From the NCBI GenBank assembly GCA_964354805.1, contig CAYHBD010000010.1, positions 1 to 64,000 on the forward strand: 64,000 nt of DNA, read 5' to 3'. Position numbers and translations under genes: made by a program. Within the stretch, counting starts at the first letter, position 1, and each line of letters begins with the position of its first letter. Positions 45,263 through 55,065 of the stretch are shown one piece after another. The DNA comes from an uncultured archaeon (lineage in GTDB: Archaea; Iainarchaeota; Iainarchaeia; Iainarchaeales; GCA-2688035). The notes under the pieces are model-generated. The model did not search any database. It saw nothing but the letters and a program-made list of their open reading frames with translations, and had not been told where the DNA came from.

Positions 45263-48200
45263 ATGAATAAAATAAATTTGAATGGATTTGAAGCAAACAG
45301 GGTCTTCATCTATTTTTTATTAATAACTGCCATTGTTTTAATCAGCGGTGTTGCTTTAAGCTATGACCAAAACAGTGAACAACTTCTTCCCACAATGGGC
45401 GTTGAAAATATTGACCTAAATGAACAAGCTTTGAGAGAAACTCATTTCAAGCAATTACCTGAAGTAAGCGGAACCGGAACATACTTCAAAATCGAAAACA
45501 GCGATTTAAATGCCGGACTTTTGAGTTCGGTTTCTATCTCAGTAAGATTGTTTTCCGCAGGAAACATGATTGAATATAGTATTGGGCCAATTAGTAGAAC
45601 ATTGACGCTCCCACTTAGCATAGATGCAAGCGATGCAGAACCAACAACTGAACAAAAAACAACAATTACGCTTGATGGCTTAGCGCTAAACACAACCTAT
45701 TACATGTACGAAGACAGTTATATGAATGAAAAACCGTTTACAACAGATTCAAAAGGGACTTATTCCTACGAACAAGATCTGTCCACCCAGCATAGTGTTT
45801 GGATTCAAACTTTAGAATCGAATACTTATTTTATTAGAGATGACGCAACTGGCGGAGACTGCGAAGGAAAGTCAATTGGAATTTGGAATCTAAGTACAAA
45901 AACATGTACTTTAACGACTGATTTAACAGAAACCGTACAAATCGATTCAAATAATATTACATTGAGCTGTAACCAACACAGCATCAATGGCAGTGTTTTT
46001 GTCCGCCAAAAAAATTGGATAGTTATAGAGGATTGTAACGTCTATGGATCTAACTATGGCATTAGATTGGAGCTTTCAAATTATAATAAAGTTAATAACA
46101 ACACCTCTTCGAATGTTTATAGCGGAATATTGGTGGCTAATGGTGCCAATAATACTTTCACGAATAATAACATCCAGCGTAGTAGGTATTGTGGGATTTG
46201 GTTAGATCTGACGGGGTCCTATTCAGAACCTACTGGAAACAATCTTATTAATGACAACAATATTTTAAATGGTTACTACAATGGAATTTGTCTGGCCGAC
46301 GCTAATCATAACTATATTAGCAATAATAAAATATCAAACATTAGTCGCGTTGGATGGACCACGGATGGAATTTGGTTCTCAAATTCTCATTTTAATACAG
46401 TCTCTAACAACACCATTAGTTCTATTGGCAGTGGGGGCGTGAGTATCGCAGATTCTTCTCATAACAATATTGTTGATAACAATATATCCAATACATCGGC
46501 AGGAATTTTTGTGTGGGGTGCCAATAACATTATTGCCCACAATGCTATCTCAAACAGTGAAGATGGAATCTATCTTAGGGGTTCTATGGATACTATTGTT
46601 ACGGGCAATTGGATTTTAAATAACGCATATGGGGTACATTTAAGAGAATACACAATAGGCCCCCTCTTAACTTTAACTAACAACATTATCACAGATAATA
46701 ATTATGGGGTCTTTTTTGAGCTTTATACGGCAACTCCACCTATTGTAAATAAAATAGCTTATAACGACATTTTTAACAATATTAGATACAATTTTGTCAA
46801 TACCCTGCCATATAATGTAAAAGCAGAGTACAATTGGTGGGGGGCAACAGACGAAAACAAAATAGCCAGGAATATATATGATTATTTTGATTATAATCGT
46901 TACGGCATTGTTGATTACACCCCTTGGCTGATGGCTCCATTTGAAGAAAGTCTTGCCTGCTTTAACGGCGTAAAAGACTACAACGAAACAGACATCGACT
47001 GCGGTGGCAGTTGCTTGGCATGCGAAGAAGGAAGGCGCTGCCTGCAAAATAGTGACTGCATAAGCCAATACTGCAATATCTTGTACAACATCTGTGATGT
47101 GCCAGGCGATTTGTACATTGAGTGGGTTAAGCCGATTCAAGTAATTGAGGATGTTAACCTAGTTGCAGGCAAGGCAACTGTTGTAAGAGTGAAGGTAGTG
47201 AACAATGGGCCTGAAGTGGAGACAGGGATTGCATTAGACTATGGTAATAGTGGCAGCAGGGAAACTCAGACTGTTCTTATAAGGGCTTTTTCGTCCGAAA
47301 TAGTTGATTTTTATTCAACACCGTATGACATAGCCGGAGCATATCAAATAACCGCAGAGGTGGATTCACTAAAAAATATTTCAGAAATAAACGAAAGCAA
47401 TAACACAAAAGAAGTGGACGTGAATGTGGTTGATGTCTTGGATTTTGATGTATTGTTTGTTCCAGCTTATTATTTTGAGTATGGGGCTTCTTTTGACGAT
47501 TATGTGAAAGACTGGTTCATAAATTATGAGTTTCTCTTAGGCACTTATCCTATACCAAACAACAAACTACATATCTGGCCACAATCTCAACAATTTACCA
47601 GTTGGTTGATTGCTGAAAGGTCTGGCTCGCATACTAGTACAGATGTCAGAAAGTTAGAATCTGCGTTGTGGGGTTATAAGATGAAAAATTATCCCCAATT
47701 TGATAGAGTTGTGGGGATTGTTCATGAAAACTGGATGTCTGAATCTTCTGGTGACGCATGGATGCCGGTAATGCCTTCTGTGGTGGTGATACAGCCTCAA
47801 AAGTACTATATGGCATTGGCTGCGCATGAATTAGGGCATACATATAGCTTGTGTGATGAATCCCAAAAATCGTTGTATGATACTCAGAATTTTTGGTATT
47901 GGTGGGGTTGTGCAAATAAGTATCCATCCTATTGTTCACAAAACCCACAGTGTTCGGGCAGTTTTGATATTAATGGCTTTTGGGTTGAGAAAAAAGAAGA
48001 AAGGAAAACGCTGGTTGATGAAGGAGAGTACTATTACAGCATGATGGGTGCTTGGGGCAATAATGATAGGGCTTGGATTTCGGATTCGGATTACTTGCAT
48101 CTTCTAAAGGAATTTCAGACTCCTCACACTGACTTAAACCAAGTAATTATAGTCAGCGGCACAATTGACAAGGCAGGGGACATAAACTTTTTCACTTTTT

Positions 48201-51154
48201 ATTTAGCTGAAAGCGTGGTTACCGGCACTTTGGATGGAAACTATGTATTGGAGTTGCAGGATGGCAGCGGGCAAGTGATTCAGGATTACAATTTCTCAGA
48301 CCCCTTTTTTGGATGTGATTCTGATTTAAATACAACAGGCTTTGCGTTCACTATTCCATTTGATTCTAGGGCACATAAAATTGTTGGAAAATATTTTAAT
48401 GAAGTAAAAGACGAGCGAATCATTACCTCAAACGCTCCAACTGTTGAAATCTATTCGCCTAAGGATGAAGATATTTGGAGTGGAATGCAAACAATAAACT
48501 GGAACGCAAGCGATGCGGACGGTGACACAGATTTAAGCTACACATTGGAATACAGTGATGACAACGGAGAAAAATGGTATCTGATAACAACTGAATACAA
48601 AGAAAAAAGTTTTGCTTGGAATACTGATGGCGTCCAACCAGGAAACGCATACAAAATAAAAGTAACTGCAAGCGATGGAGTGAAAACTGGGGAAAGCAGC
48701 TCCAGCGCATTTACTATTCAAAACCCAGGCATTGAAATCCAGCCATTCATTTGGAGCTTTGGAAGCGCTGCACAAGGAAGCGTTATCTCAAAACAATTTA
48801 GCATAACAAACTCTGGAAACGCTGACTTGGAATTGTATAACTTCAATGCGCCGGCAAATGTAGTCATTTCAGGGCTGCAGCTTCCGCTGACGTTGTCGCC
48901 TAGGCAAAACATTCAATTCAATGTTGAATTAAACACTGCTTTGTTGGATGGAACAATTGATGAAAATGCAGTGTTTTATTCAAATGACCCAAATGAATCG
49001 GAAAAACACTTTTTTATTGAGGGCACTATTTTTGCACCCAAAACAATGGATGGAAACCTGCATTTAGCAGACATGAATTCATACCTAAAAGAACAAGTGC
49101 ATTATAGCGGGGCTACCTCAGCTCAAATGATTCTGAATTACATGAGAGAAGCTGCCGGATACCCACAGCTTCCACAGGAAACAATCTACTACTATGGACA
49201 CAAGTACAATTTATCAGATAATAATGAGTTACTGGAATTGGATGCTAATGCAATGAATGCTGTTTTAGGGCATTTTGACCCATACGATTTTATTATAAGC
49301 GAACCTTATGACCTCTATGACTCGCTCGCAGACGGCAACCCATATCAGGGTTATAGCTTTACTATTGACACTTTTGATGCAAACACCGACCCGGAAGCTG
49401 CAAGCAATTATATGAGTGGCATTGCCCATTGGATGGCTTATCCTGTGAAAAGAAAAGCGTGGTGGTTTGACAGTGAATTGGTTGCAAAACCAAACACGCC
49501 AGCAGCAATCCCATTATATGGCAACTATGCTCACTGGGCAGTTGTAAACGGCTTTGCAGCAAGCGGAAACCCAGTGCCAAACCCAAGCGTAAACCCCTGG
49601 CAGTCAGACCCAGTTACAATTTATGGTTTCTGGTTGACTGACCCGGCAGAAGAAGGCATAGGACAGCATGTTTTTGTTACAGCAGCTGACGCAAATGCTG
49701 TCTACTTCAAGCCAATGGATTCAAACGATTCTTTCAAAGGAAAGTATTTGCAGATTGCAGAGCCGCCAGTGCTTCCACCAGAGGAAAGCGGATTAGAAAT
49801 TGAAGCAGGCAACAAGTTTAAAGCAGAAATTCCAGCGCCTGTTTCACAACAAGCTAACTTGCGCTTTGTTGGAGTTGAAAGTGAAGTAGAGCCAGAAATG
49901 AGGACAATGTCCATAAAGAATGCTGGAGCTGGGGCTGCTGCAGGGGAAGAAGAGCCCATGCAAGAGAAAAAGAGCTGGAGAGATTTGGTTGATTCCCACT
50001 TGTTGTTAGACCAAAGCGCGGTTGCTGCATTTGAGGGCGCTGAAATGGCTGAACCATTGCAGGTGCATGAATTAGTGGAAAACAGGGACTATTATCTAGT
50101 GCCATTCAACAAAGAAGGCTTGACATCAGGCGTAATAATGTTGGATGCAGAAGAAGGGTACTTTAAGCAAGCGAGCTGGACAACAGAGCCAGAACAGTAT
50201 CCTGCAGTTGAAGAACAAAATGCTGTCTCACTCGTAAAAAAAGAAATCAATCCAAAGCCAACAGAAAGCTTGGCAGTTGAATTCAATTCATTTGCTGAAG
50301 CAAGCGCACAGCTTGCATGGCAACCGAATAATTACAGCAAAAGCCCGTTCAAACCATACTGGGTAATAGAAATGGGGGGTGGCAGATGGATTGCAACACA
50401 AGAAGGAAAATTGTACGAAATTCTGCCACCTACATCTACTAAAGCAGACACACAAGTCATTGAAATTGCTACTGTGCCACCAGAATCAAACGGCTTTACA
50501 AACTTGGGCAAATACTTTGAAATAATCAACCCAAACATAGATGACGGTTCATTCTCAGCAACCCTGGCATTCTTCTACAACGATGCAGACAACGATGGAA
50601 TAGTAGACGGAACAAACATAGAAGAACAAAATTTGAACGTATACTATTACAAAGAAGAAAAAGGCTGGACAGAAATAACAGAGCCCGAAAGAAACACAGA
50701 AGCAAACACAATCAGCACAACAACCAATCATTTCACGCTGTTTGCGTTAATGAAAGAAAACCCGGAACCCGAGCTAGAGCATACTCAGCCATCGACGCCA
50801 GCAGACAGAGGCAGCACTGGTGGTGGCGTAAGCGGCGGGTCTGGAATTATTGCTAACAAGCAAACAAATGGCGTTGAAAACATTGAAAGCGAATTGGGTG
50901 ACTCTGCAAAAGGCATTATAGAGAAGGAAGAACCAAGTGAGAAACAAATTGAAGAAATGGGGGTCATTGCTGAAGCTGGGGAAGAAAAAGGGGTTATAGA
51001 AGAAACCAGCGAAATGAAACCGCAAACAATAACAGGATTGATAGTATTCGGTAGCGATAAAACAATTGTCATGCTTTTAGGTTGCCTGCTAATCGCCCTT
51101 ATTATAATAGTGAAAACTTATTTAAGCAAAAAAAGTGCGGGCAACACATTTTGA
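45263..51154 (+). CDS. Giant surface protein: beta-helix (NosD/PbH1), Cys-rich module, CARDB, HExxH metallopeptidase, Ig-like, C39-like domain, C-terminal TM anchor
   Basis: Asn-rich GI.L repeats; ETDIDCGG; ISEINESNN; AAHELGHTYSL; YSGATSAQMILNY/HWAVVNG/DP; C-terminal hydrophobic helix. Confidence 0.8.
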   Translation: MNKINLNGFEANRVFIYFLLITAIVLISGVALSYDQNSEQLLPTMGVENIDLNEQALRETHFKQLPEVSGTGTYFKIENSDLNAGLLSSVSISVRLFSAGNMIEYSIGPISRTLTLPLSIDASDAEPTTEQKTTITLDGLALNTTYYMYEDSYMNEKPFTTDSKGTYSYEQDLSTQHSVWIQTLESNTYFIRDDATGGDCEGKSIGIWNLSTKTCTLTTDLTETVQIDSNNITLSCNQHSINGSVFVRQKNWIVIEDCNVYGSNYGIRLELSNYNKVNNNTSSNVYSGILVANGANNTFTNNNIQRSRYCGIWLDLTGSYSEPTGNNLINDNNILNGYYNGICLADANHNYISNNKISNISRVGWTTDGIWFSNSHFNTVSNNTISSIGSGGVSIADSSHNNIVDNNISNTSAGIFVWGANNIIAHNAISNSEDGIYLRGSMDTIVTGNWILNNAYGVHLREYTIGPLLTLTNNIITDNNYGVFFELYTATPPIVNKIAYNDIFNNIRYNFVNTLPYNVKAEYNWWGATDENKIARNIYDYFDYNRYGIVDYTPWLMAPFEESLACFNGVKDYNETDIDCGGSCLACEEGRRCLQNSDCISQYCNILYNICDVPGDLYIEWVKPIQVIEDVNLVAGKATVVRVKVVNNGPEVETGIALDYGNSGSRETQTVLIRAFSSEIVDFYSTPYDIAGAYQITAEVDSLKNISEINESNNTKEVDVNVVDVLDFDVLFVPAYYFEYGASFDDYVKDWFINYEFLLGTYPIPNNKLHIWPQSQQFTSWLIAERSGSHTSTDVRKLESALWGYKMKNYPQFDRVVGIVHENWMSESSGDAWMPVMPSVVVIQPQKYYMALAAHELGHTYSLCDESQKSLYDTQNFWYWWGCANKYPSYCSQNPQCSGSFDINGFWVEKKEERKTLVDEGEYYYSMMGAWGNNDRAWISDSDYLHLLKEFQTPHTDLNQVIIVSGTIDKAGDINFFTFYLAESVVTGTLDGNYVLELQDGSGQVIQDYNFSDPFFGCDSDLNTTGFAFTIPFDSRAHKIVGKYFNEVKDERIITSNAPTVEIYSPKDEDIWSGMQTINWNASDADGDTDLSYTLEYSDDNGEKWYLITTEYKEKSFAWNTDGVQPGNAYKIKVTASDGVKTGESSSSAFTIQNPGIEIQPFIWSFGSAAQGSVISKQFSITNSGNADLELYNFNAPANVVISGLQLPLTLSPRQNIQFNVELNTALLDGTIDENAVFYSNDPNESEKHFFIEGTIFAPKTMDGNLHLADMNSYLKEQVHYSGATSAQMILNYMREAAGYPQLPQETIYYYGHKYNLSDNNELLELDANAMNAVLGHFDPYDFIISEPYDLYDSLADGNPYQGYSFTIDTFDANTDPEAASNYMSGIAHWMAYPVKRKAWWFDSELVAKPNTPAAIPLYGNYAHWAVVNGFAASGNPVPNPSVNPWQSDPVTIYGFWLTDPAEEGIGQHVFVTAADANAVYFKPMDSNDSFKGKYLQIAEPPVLPPEESGLEIEAGNKFKAEIPAPVSQQANLRFVGVESEVEPEMRTMSIKNAGAGAAAGEEEPMQEKKSWRDLVDSHLLLDQSAVAAFEGAEMAEPLQVHELVENRDYYLVPFNKEGLTSGVIMLDAEEGYFKQASWTTEPEQYPAVEEQNAVSLVKKEINPKPTESLAVEFNSFAEASAQLAWQPNNYSKSPFKPYWVIEMGGGRWIATQEGKLYEILPPTSTKADTQVIEIATVPPESNGFTNLGKYFEIINPNIDDGSFSATLAFFYNDADNDGIVDGTNIEEQNLNVYYYKEEKGWTEITEPERNTEANTISTTTNHFTLFALMKENPEPELEHTQPSTPADRGSTGGGVSGGSGIIANKQTNGVENIESELGDSAKGIIEKEEPSEKQIEEMGVIAEAGEEKGVIEETSEMKPQTITGLIVFGSDKTIVMLLGCLLIALIIIVKTYLSKKSAGNTF

Positions 51155-51187
51155 ATGGTGTCTTTGTCTTTTTGGCGTCAAAAGCCT

Positions 51188-51772
51188 TTATGCAAGGAAT
51201 AAAGCTAATGCATAGAAAAATACGGCTAAGAGTATTATGTATGGGCCCAAAAGTTTGAGTTTGCGTTTTCTTTTAAAACGCCCAGCTATGATAAAAGCCA
51301 TGCCCAAGAAAAAGATAGGAAAAGACAGCAAACGAAAGATGAACGCCATTTGCCCTCTTGTGATTGCTTCTTCTAGGGAAGTGCTCAAAGAGCCAACACA
51401 AGTAATAGTTAAGATCTCTTTCTCACCAGACTGGGGTATATAAGTCATTAAAATTTCACTGTGGTGGAAAGTAACTCCAGGAAGTAAATTCCCTTCGATT
51501 TGAAATTCTTCCCCAGAGCCTATCACTCCCTCAAGCGGTTTTTCAATTACGAATACATCGCTTTTAGATTCAATCGAAGTTATGGTAATATTTCCTTCCG
51601 TTTTATTAATTAACTTTACAAAAGAAGCCCCCTCCTCCGGCCTTATAAAACGGGAGTCTTTTAGCAATATTTTAGTTGGATTAGAAGTACTGCAAACTGT
51701 TCCCACTGATATCGCAACAGCAATATTGGATAATAAAACCAAGCAAATCAACATAGCGAAATATTTTTTCAT
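51188..51772 (-). CDS. Signal-peptide protein with two C-terminal TM helices
   Basis: CSTSNPTKI...KLINKT...TITC domain related to 37197-37646. Confidence 0.65.
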   Translation of the reverse strand: MKKYFAMLICLVLLSNIAVAISVGTVCSTSNPTKILLKDSRFIRPEEGASFVKLINKTEGNITITSIESKSDVFVIEKPLEGVIGSGEEFQIEGNLLPGVTFHHSEILMTYIPQSGEKEILTITCVGSLSTSLEEAITRGQMAFIFRLLSFPIFFLGMAFIIAGRFKRKRKLKLLGPYIILLAVFFYALALFLA

Positions 51773-51878
51773 TTCAATTCTAATTAACGCTAAACTTGTA
51801 TTTAAAGTTTGATTCGTGACATTTTTGGGTACATTAATGAACTAATTAATAAAAAAACAACAACTTGGAGTTTTCCAA

Positions 51879-52529
51879 TCAGCTGTGCTTTCCCTTCAGC
51901 GGAACGAAGACAAAGCAGCACTTGCTTTCTTTTTCAACAGCTTTCCCTTTTTGCTTTTCAATTAAAACCATTTCCTGCGAAAACCTGCCTCCAAGCGGTG
52001 CAACCAATTTTCCTTTTTCACGCAGCTGTTCAATCAATGGCTCTGGGATCTGCCTGCACGCAGCGCTGATTAAGATTCTGTCAAAGGGCGCTTCCTCTTT
52101 CCATCCAAGGGTTCCATCGCTGCAGCGCAAAAAAACGTTTTCGCAGCCAAGCAGAGCAAGGGCTTTCACTGCCTGCTGGTGCAGGGCATGCAATAGCTCA
52201 ATACCAAACACAGCCCCTTTTTTCCCAACAAGCTCTGAAAGCAGTGCTGCAACGTAACCGCTTCCTGCCCCCACTTCCAGAACCTTGTTTCCTTTCTGCG
52301 CTGAAAGCATTTCAAGCATTATTGCAATAGTGCTAGGCTGCGATATTGTCTGCCCTGAACCAATTGGGAAAGCGCTGTCAGCGTAAGCGTAATCAATCAG
52401 CGCTGCTGGAAAAAATTTTTCCCTTGCAACAGCGAGAAAAGCGTTGCGCACTGCTTCGCTTTGAATGCTGCAGGCTGCCTGCATTTCCCCTACCAATCGC
52501 TTTCTTTTCTGTTCAAAGCTTTCGCTCAA
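51879..52529 (-). CDS. pcm: Protein-L-isoaspartate O-methyltransferase
   Basis: GQTISQP, LEVGAGSGY, DGTLGW..APFDRI, FVPL. Confidence 0.95.
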   Translation of the reverse strand: MSESFEQKRKRLVGEMQAACSIQSEAVRNAFLAVAREKFFPAALIDYAYADSAFPIGSGQTISQPSTIAIMLEMLSAQKGNKVLEVGAGSGYVAALLSELVGKKGAVFGIELLHALHQQAVKALALLGCENVFLRCSDGTLGWKEEAPFDRILISAACRQIPEPLIEQLREKGKLVAPLGGRFSQEMVLIEKQKGKAVEKESKCCFVFVPLKGKHS

Positions 52530-53455
52530 CTAGATCGCTCTCTTTCCCTAATCAATTGCATTAAATCCCGGAATTTGCTTAATGTGCTCAGCTCTTCTTC
52601 CGCAATTATCGGGATTTGCTCAAAGCGCTTCACTTTTTTGTCCTTTGCAATAATGAAGGGCTCTGCCTTGAATACTTTTTTTGTTTTTTCCAGGTCAATT
52701 GCCTTTCTTTTAATTTCCATTCCATGGCTTACTTTTCCGATTAACAGGCTTTCAGCCGGGCTGCTATATGCCTTGAACGGAGCGTGCTTGAATAAAGCTA
52801 TTTTAATGCCAAGCTCATGCACCTGCTCCAAAGCCCTGTCGTCAATGTGCTCGCTGTAAAAGCCCTTAATCTCTTTTTCGCTCGGCTGAGCAGCTGCAAA
52901 CAAATCGATTTTTTTAATCAAAGCAGTTGCAAGCGCGTCCTCAAGCTTTTCAGCCATTGAAAGCGAAGCTGTTGCGCCCTTCTCATACCTGTGGATTGAT
53001 TCAACAGTGCTTTCAACCTGTTCTGCAAGTTGTTGCAGCGTCAAGCCAAGCTGCTTTCTCCTCTGCCTGAGCTTCTCCTTGTCCAATTCAACAATGCTCT
53101 TTCCCTTGAAGTAGCGCACTGAGGGAAACCTCTCGGCCAGCAGCCCCTTAAAGCTATCAATGTTCAAAGCAGCCAGGCCATACCTCTCATACAGAACGCC
53201 GTTGCTCAAAGCAAAAGCCTTGCTTTTTTCGCCCAAAATCAAAACAGTTGCATTGAACAGGGAAGCAATCTTCCGCAGCTCTGCAGCGTGCTCTTCCCTC
53301 ATTGCATCAATGTTGTTGAAAACCTTCACAACAAGAGTCAAATCAGGCCTTTTTGCAACCAAATCAAAGCAGGCATTGCTGTGCAGAAAGCCCTCAACAT
53401 CAAAACCGTTCTCCTTGAGCAAAGCAATTGCCCTCAACAAAATCGTTTCCCGCAT
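52526..53455 (-). CDS. Archaeal HTH transcriptional regulator (COG1395-like)
   Basis: CFDLVAKR...KVFNNIDA...YERYG; Cro/C1-type HTH; APF. Confidence 0.8.
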   Translation of the reverse strand: MRETILLRAIALLKENGFDVEGFLHSNACFDLVAKRPDLTLVVKVFNNIDAMREEHAAELRKIASLFNATVLILGEKSKAFALSNGVLYERYGLAALNIDSFKGLLAERFPSVRYFKGKSIVELDKEKLRQRRKQLGLTLQQLAEQVESTVESIHRYEKGATASLSMAEKLEDALATALIKKIDLFAAAQPSEKEIKGFYSEHIDDRALEQVHELGIKIALFKHAPFKAYSSPAESLLIGKVSHGMEIKRKAIDLEKTKKVFKAEPFIIAKDKKVKRFEQIPIIAEEELSTLSKFRDLMQLIRERERSS

Positions 53456-53514
53456 TTCGCATCGCCAAAGCAAATATTTAAATTAAGTTAAAAACCCTTT
53501 TTTAATGGTATTCA

Positions 53515-53805
53515 ATGCCTCTGTTCAGAAGAAAGAAAATGCCATTGCTGCCTGGGAAAACATTTAAACCAAGGAAGCATATTGACAGAAGGGAAGAAAA
53601 CTGGGCTTTGAATGTTCTGCCAAGCGGCATCAGTAAAGAGCCGACCTTTGTTGTTTACAAAGCCGATTACCCAAAAATGGCTGAACCAACGCCCGCTGTA
53701 GTTAGAGGCGGCGCGTTTACAGTGGAATTGCTTGAAAGAAGAGGGCAGGCTGCAAAGAAAAAAGGCTTTTTACAACGGATTATAGAACGGTTTTGGAAAA
53801 AATGA
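53515..53805 (+). CDS. Basic orphan protein
   Basis: MPLFRRKK N-terminus. Confidence 0.5.
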   Translation: MPLFRRKKMPLLPGKTFKPRKHIDRREENWALNVLPSGISKEPTFVVYKADYPKMAEPTPAVVRGGAFTVELLERRGQAAKKKGFLQRIIERFWKK

Positions 53806-53891
53806 ATTTCGAATTTTCAATTTCACAGCACGCATCGTAAAATAGCAAGGTTTAAATTCTTTGAAAGCATAGGTTTTATTGGTGAAATAAC

Positions 53892-54131
53892 ATGGGAAAA
53901 AGAGTGGAAGCGTTTCGTAGAAAGATTGGTTTGCAGGGTAGAAGAGAGGGAAAGGAGAGGCCATATTACCCTGGTGTTTCCCCTGGAGTGCCAGTACGGA
54001 AGGGGGTCCAGGGTGTGAAGGGGATGTATGAAATCCAAACAGCCCCAAACAGTAAATTCGTGTCTTTTGATAGGCGTCGCAGATTGCGCGATAGACTGTT
54101 TGGAAGAAAACAGCGTCCCGAACCAAAATAA
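53892..54131 (+). CDS. Basic orphan protein
   Basis: GGTGA RBS; Arg-rich; flanked by 16-bp repeats (53816-53831, 54151-54166). Confidence 0.5.
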   Translation: MGKRVEAFRRKIGLQGRREGKERPYYPGVSPGVPVRKGVQGVKGMYEIQTAPNSKFVSFDRRRRLRDRLFGRKQRPEPK

Positions 54132-54157
54132 GTTTTTCTGCTTTATAGTGTTCAGTT

Positions 54158-54991
54158 TCACAGCACTCCTGCAAGGAAGCCGAGCAATGCAACCAGCATT
54201 GCGATTTTTGAGAGCACCTGTGCCCTGCCAAATTTTCTTTGAACAGCTTTAGCAAAAGAGAGCAAAAAAAGCAGGTTCGCGATTGAAACAATGGCAAGAA
54301 AAGCAATTTTGTTAAAGCCAAGCAGGGCAAAAGGGGCATAAACAGCAATTATTGCAGCCAAATAATAAAGGAAAACAATTCCAATAACCTTTTTTTCGCT
54401 CAACAGCATTGGCAGGCTTTTCTTAAAGCCCCTGTCCTGCTTCACATCCTGCAAATCCTTTATCAGCTCTCGAGCAAGGTTCGCAAACAAAGCTGCAAGC
54501 GCAAGAAATGCAACAATCTCATATTTGCCAATCAATGATGCGCCGAAAACAAGCGTGAAGGCAGTTCCAGAAGCAACAACAAAATTGCCGATATACTTTG
54601 TCTTTGAAAGAAAAGCACTGTAAACAATTAGTAGGGCAGTGAAAACAAAAGCTATTGCAGTGCTTGCTGCTGGCAGATAATTTAATGCAAGCGCATTGCC
54701 TGCAATGAACAGCACAATTGCATAGCACAGCGCTGTTTTTGGCTTTATTTTTCCGCTTGGCAGTGGCTTGCCTGGGTGCAACTTTTTGTCCAAATTCCTG
54801 TCAAAGTAATCGTTTATCACCATGCCGCCAGCGCAAACAAGGAAAGCGACAGCCATTGCAATGCCAATTCCTTGGTTCAATTGAATTGCGCTGCCTGCAA
54901 TGCTGCTGCCAATGAATGTTCCAAAAGCAGCCATTGTGCAGTTCAACGGCCTGATGATTGAAACGAAATCCAGCAGTGACATCTGAATCAA
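54158..54991 (-). CDS. UbiA-family prenyltransferase, digeranylgeranylglyceryl phosphate synthase-like
   Basis: IIRPLN, INDYFDRNLD..P.KPLPSG, ARELIKDLQD..D. Confidence 0.85.
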   Translation of the reverse strand: MIQMSLLDFVSIIRPLNCTMAAFGTFIGSSIAGSAIQLNQGIGIAMAVAFLVCAGGMVINDYFDRNLDKKLHPGKPLPSGKIKPKTALCYAIVLFIAGNALALNYLPAASTAIAFVFTALLIVYSAFLSKTKYIGNFVVASGTAFTLVFGASLIGKYEIVAFLALAALFANLARELIKDLQDVKQDRGFKKSLPMLLSEKKVIGIVFLYYLAAIIAVYAPFALLGFNKIAFLAIVSIANLLFLLSFAKAVQRKFGRAQVLSKIAMLVALLGFLAGVL

Positions 54992-55065
54992 GTATTGCTG
55001 AAAAGGGTTATAAAATTATTATTTTATTATTCAATGGATGAATTAAGGAAAAGCGGTGTTTTTGC

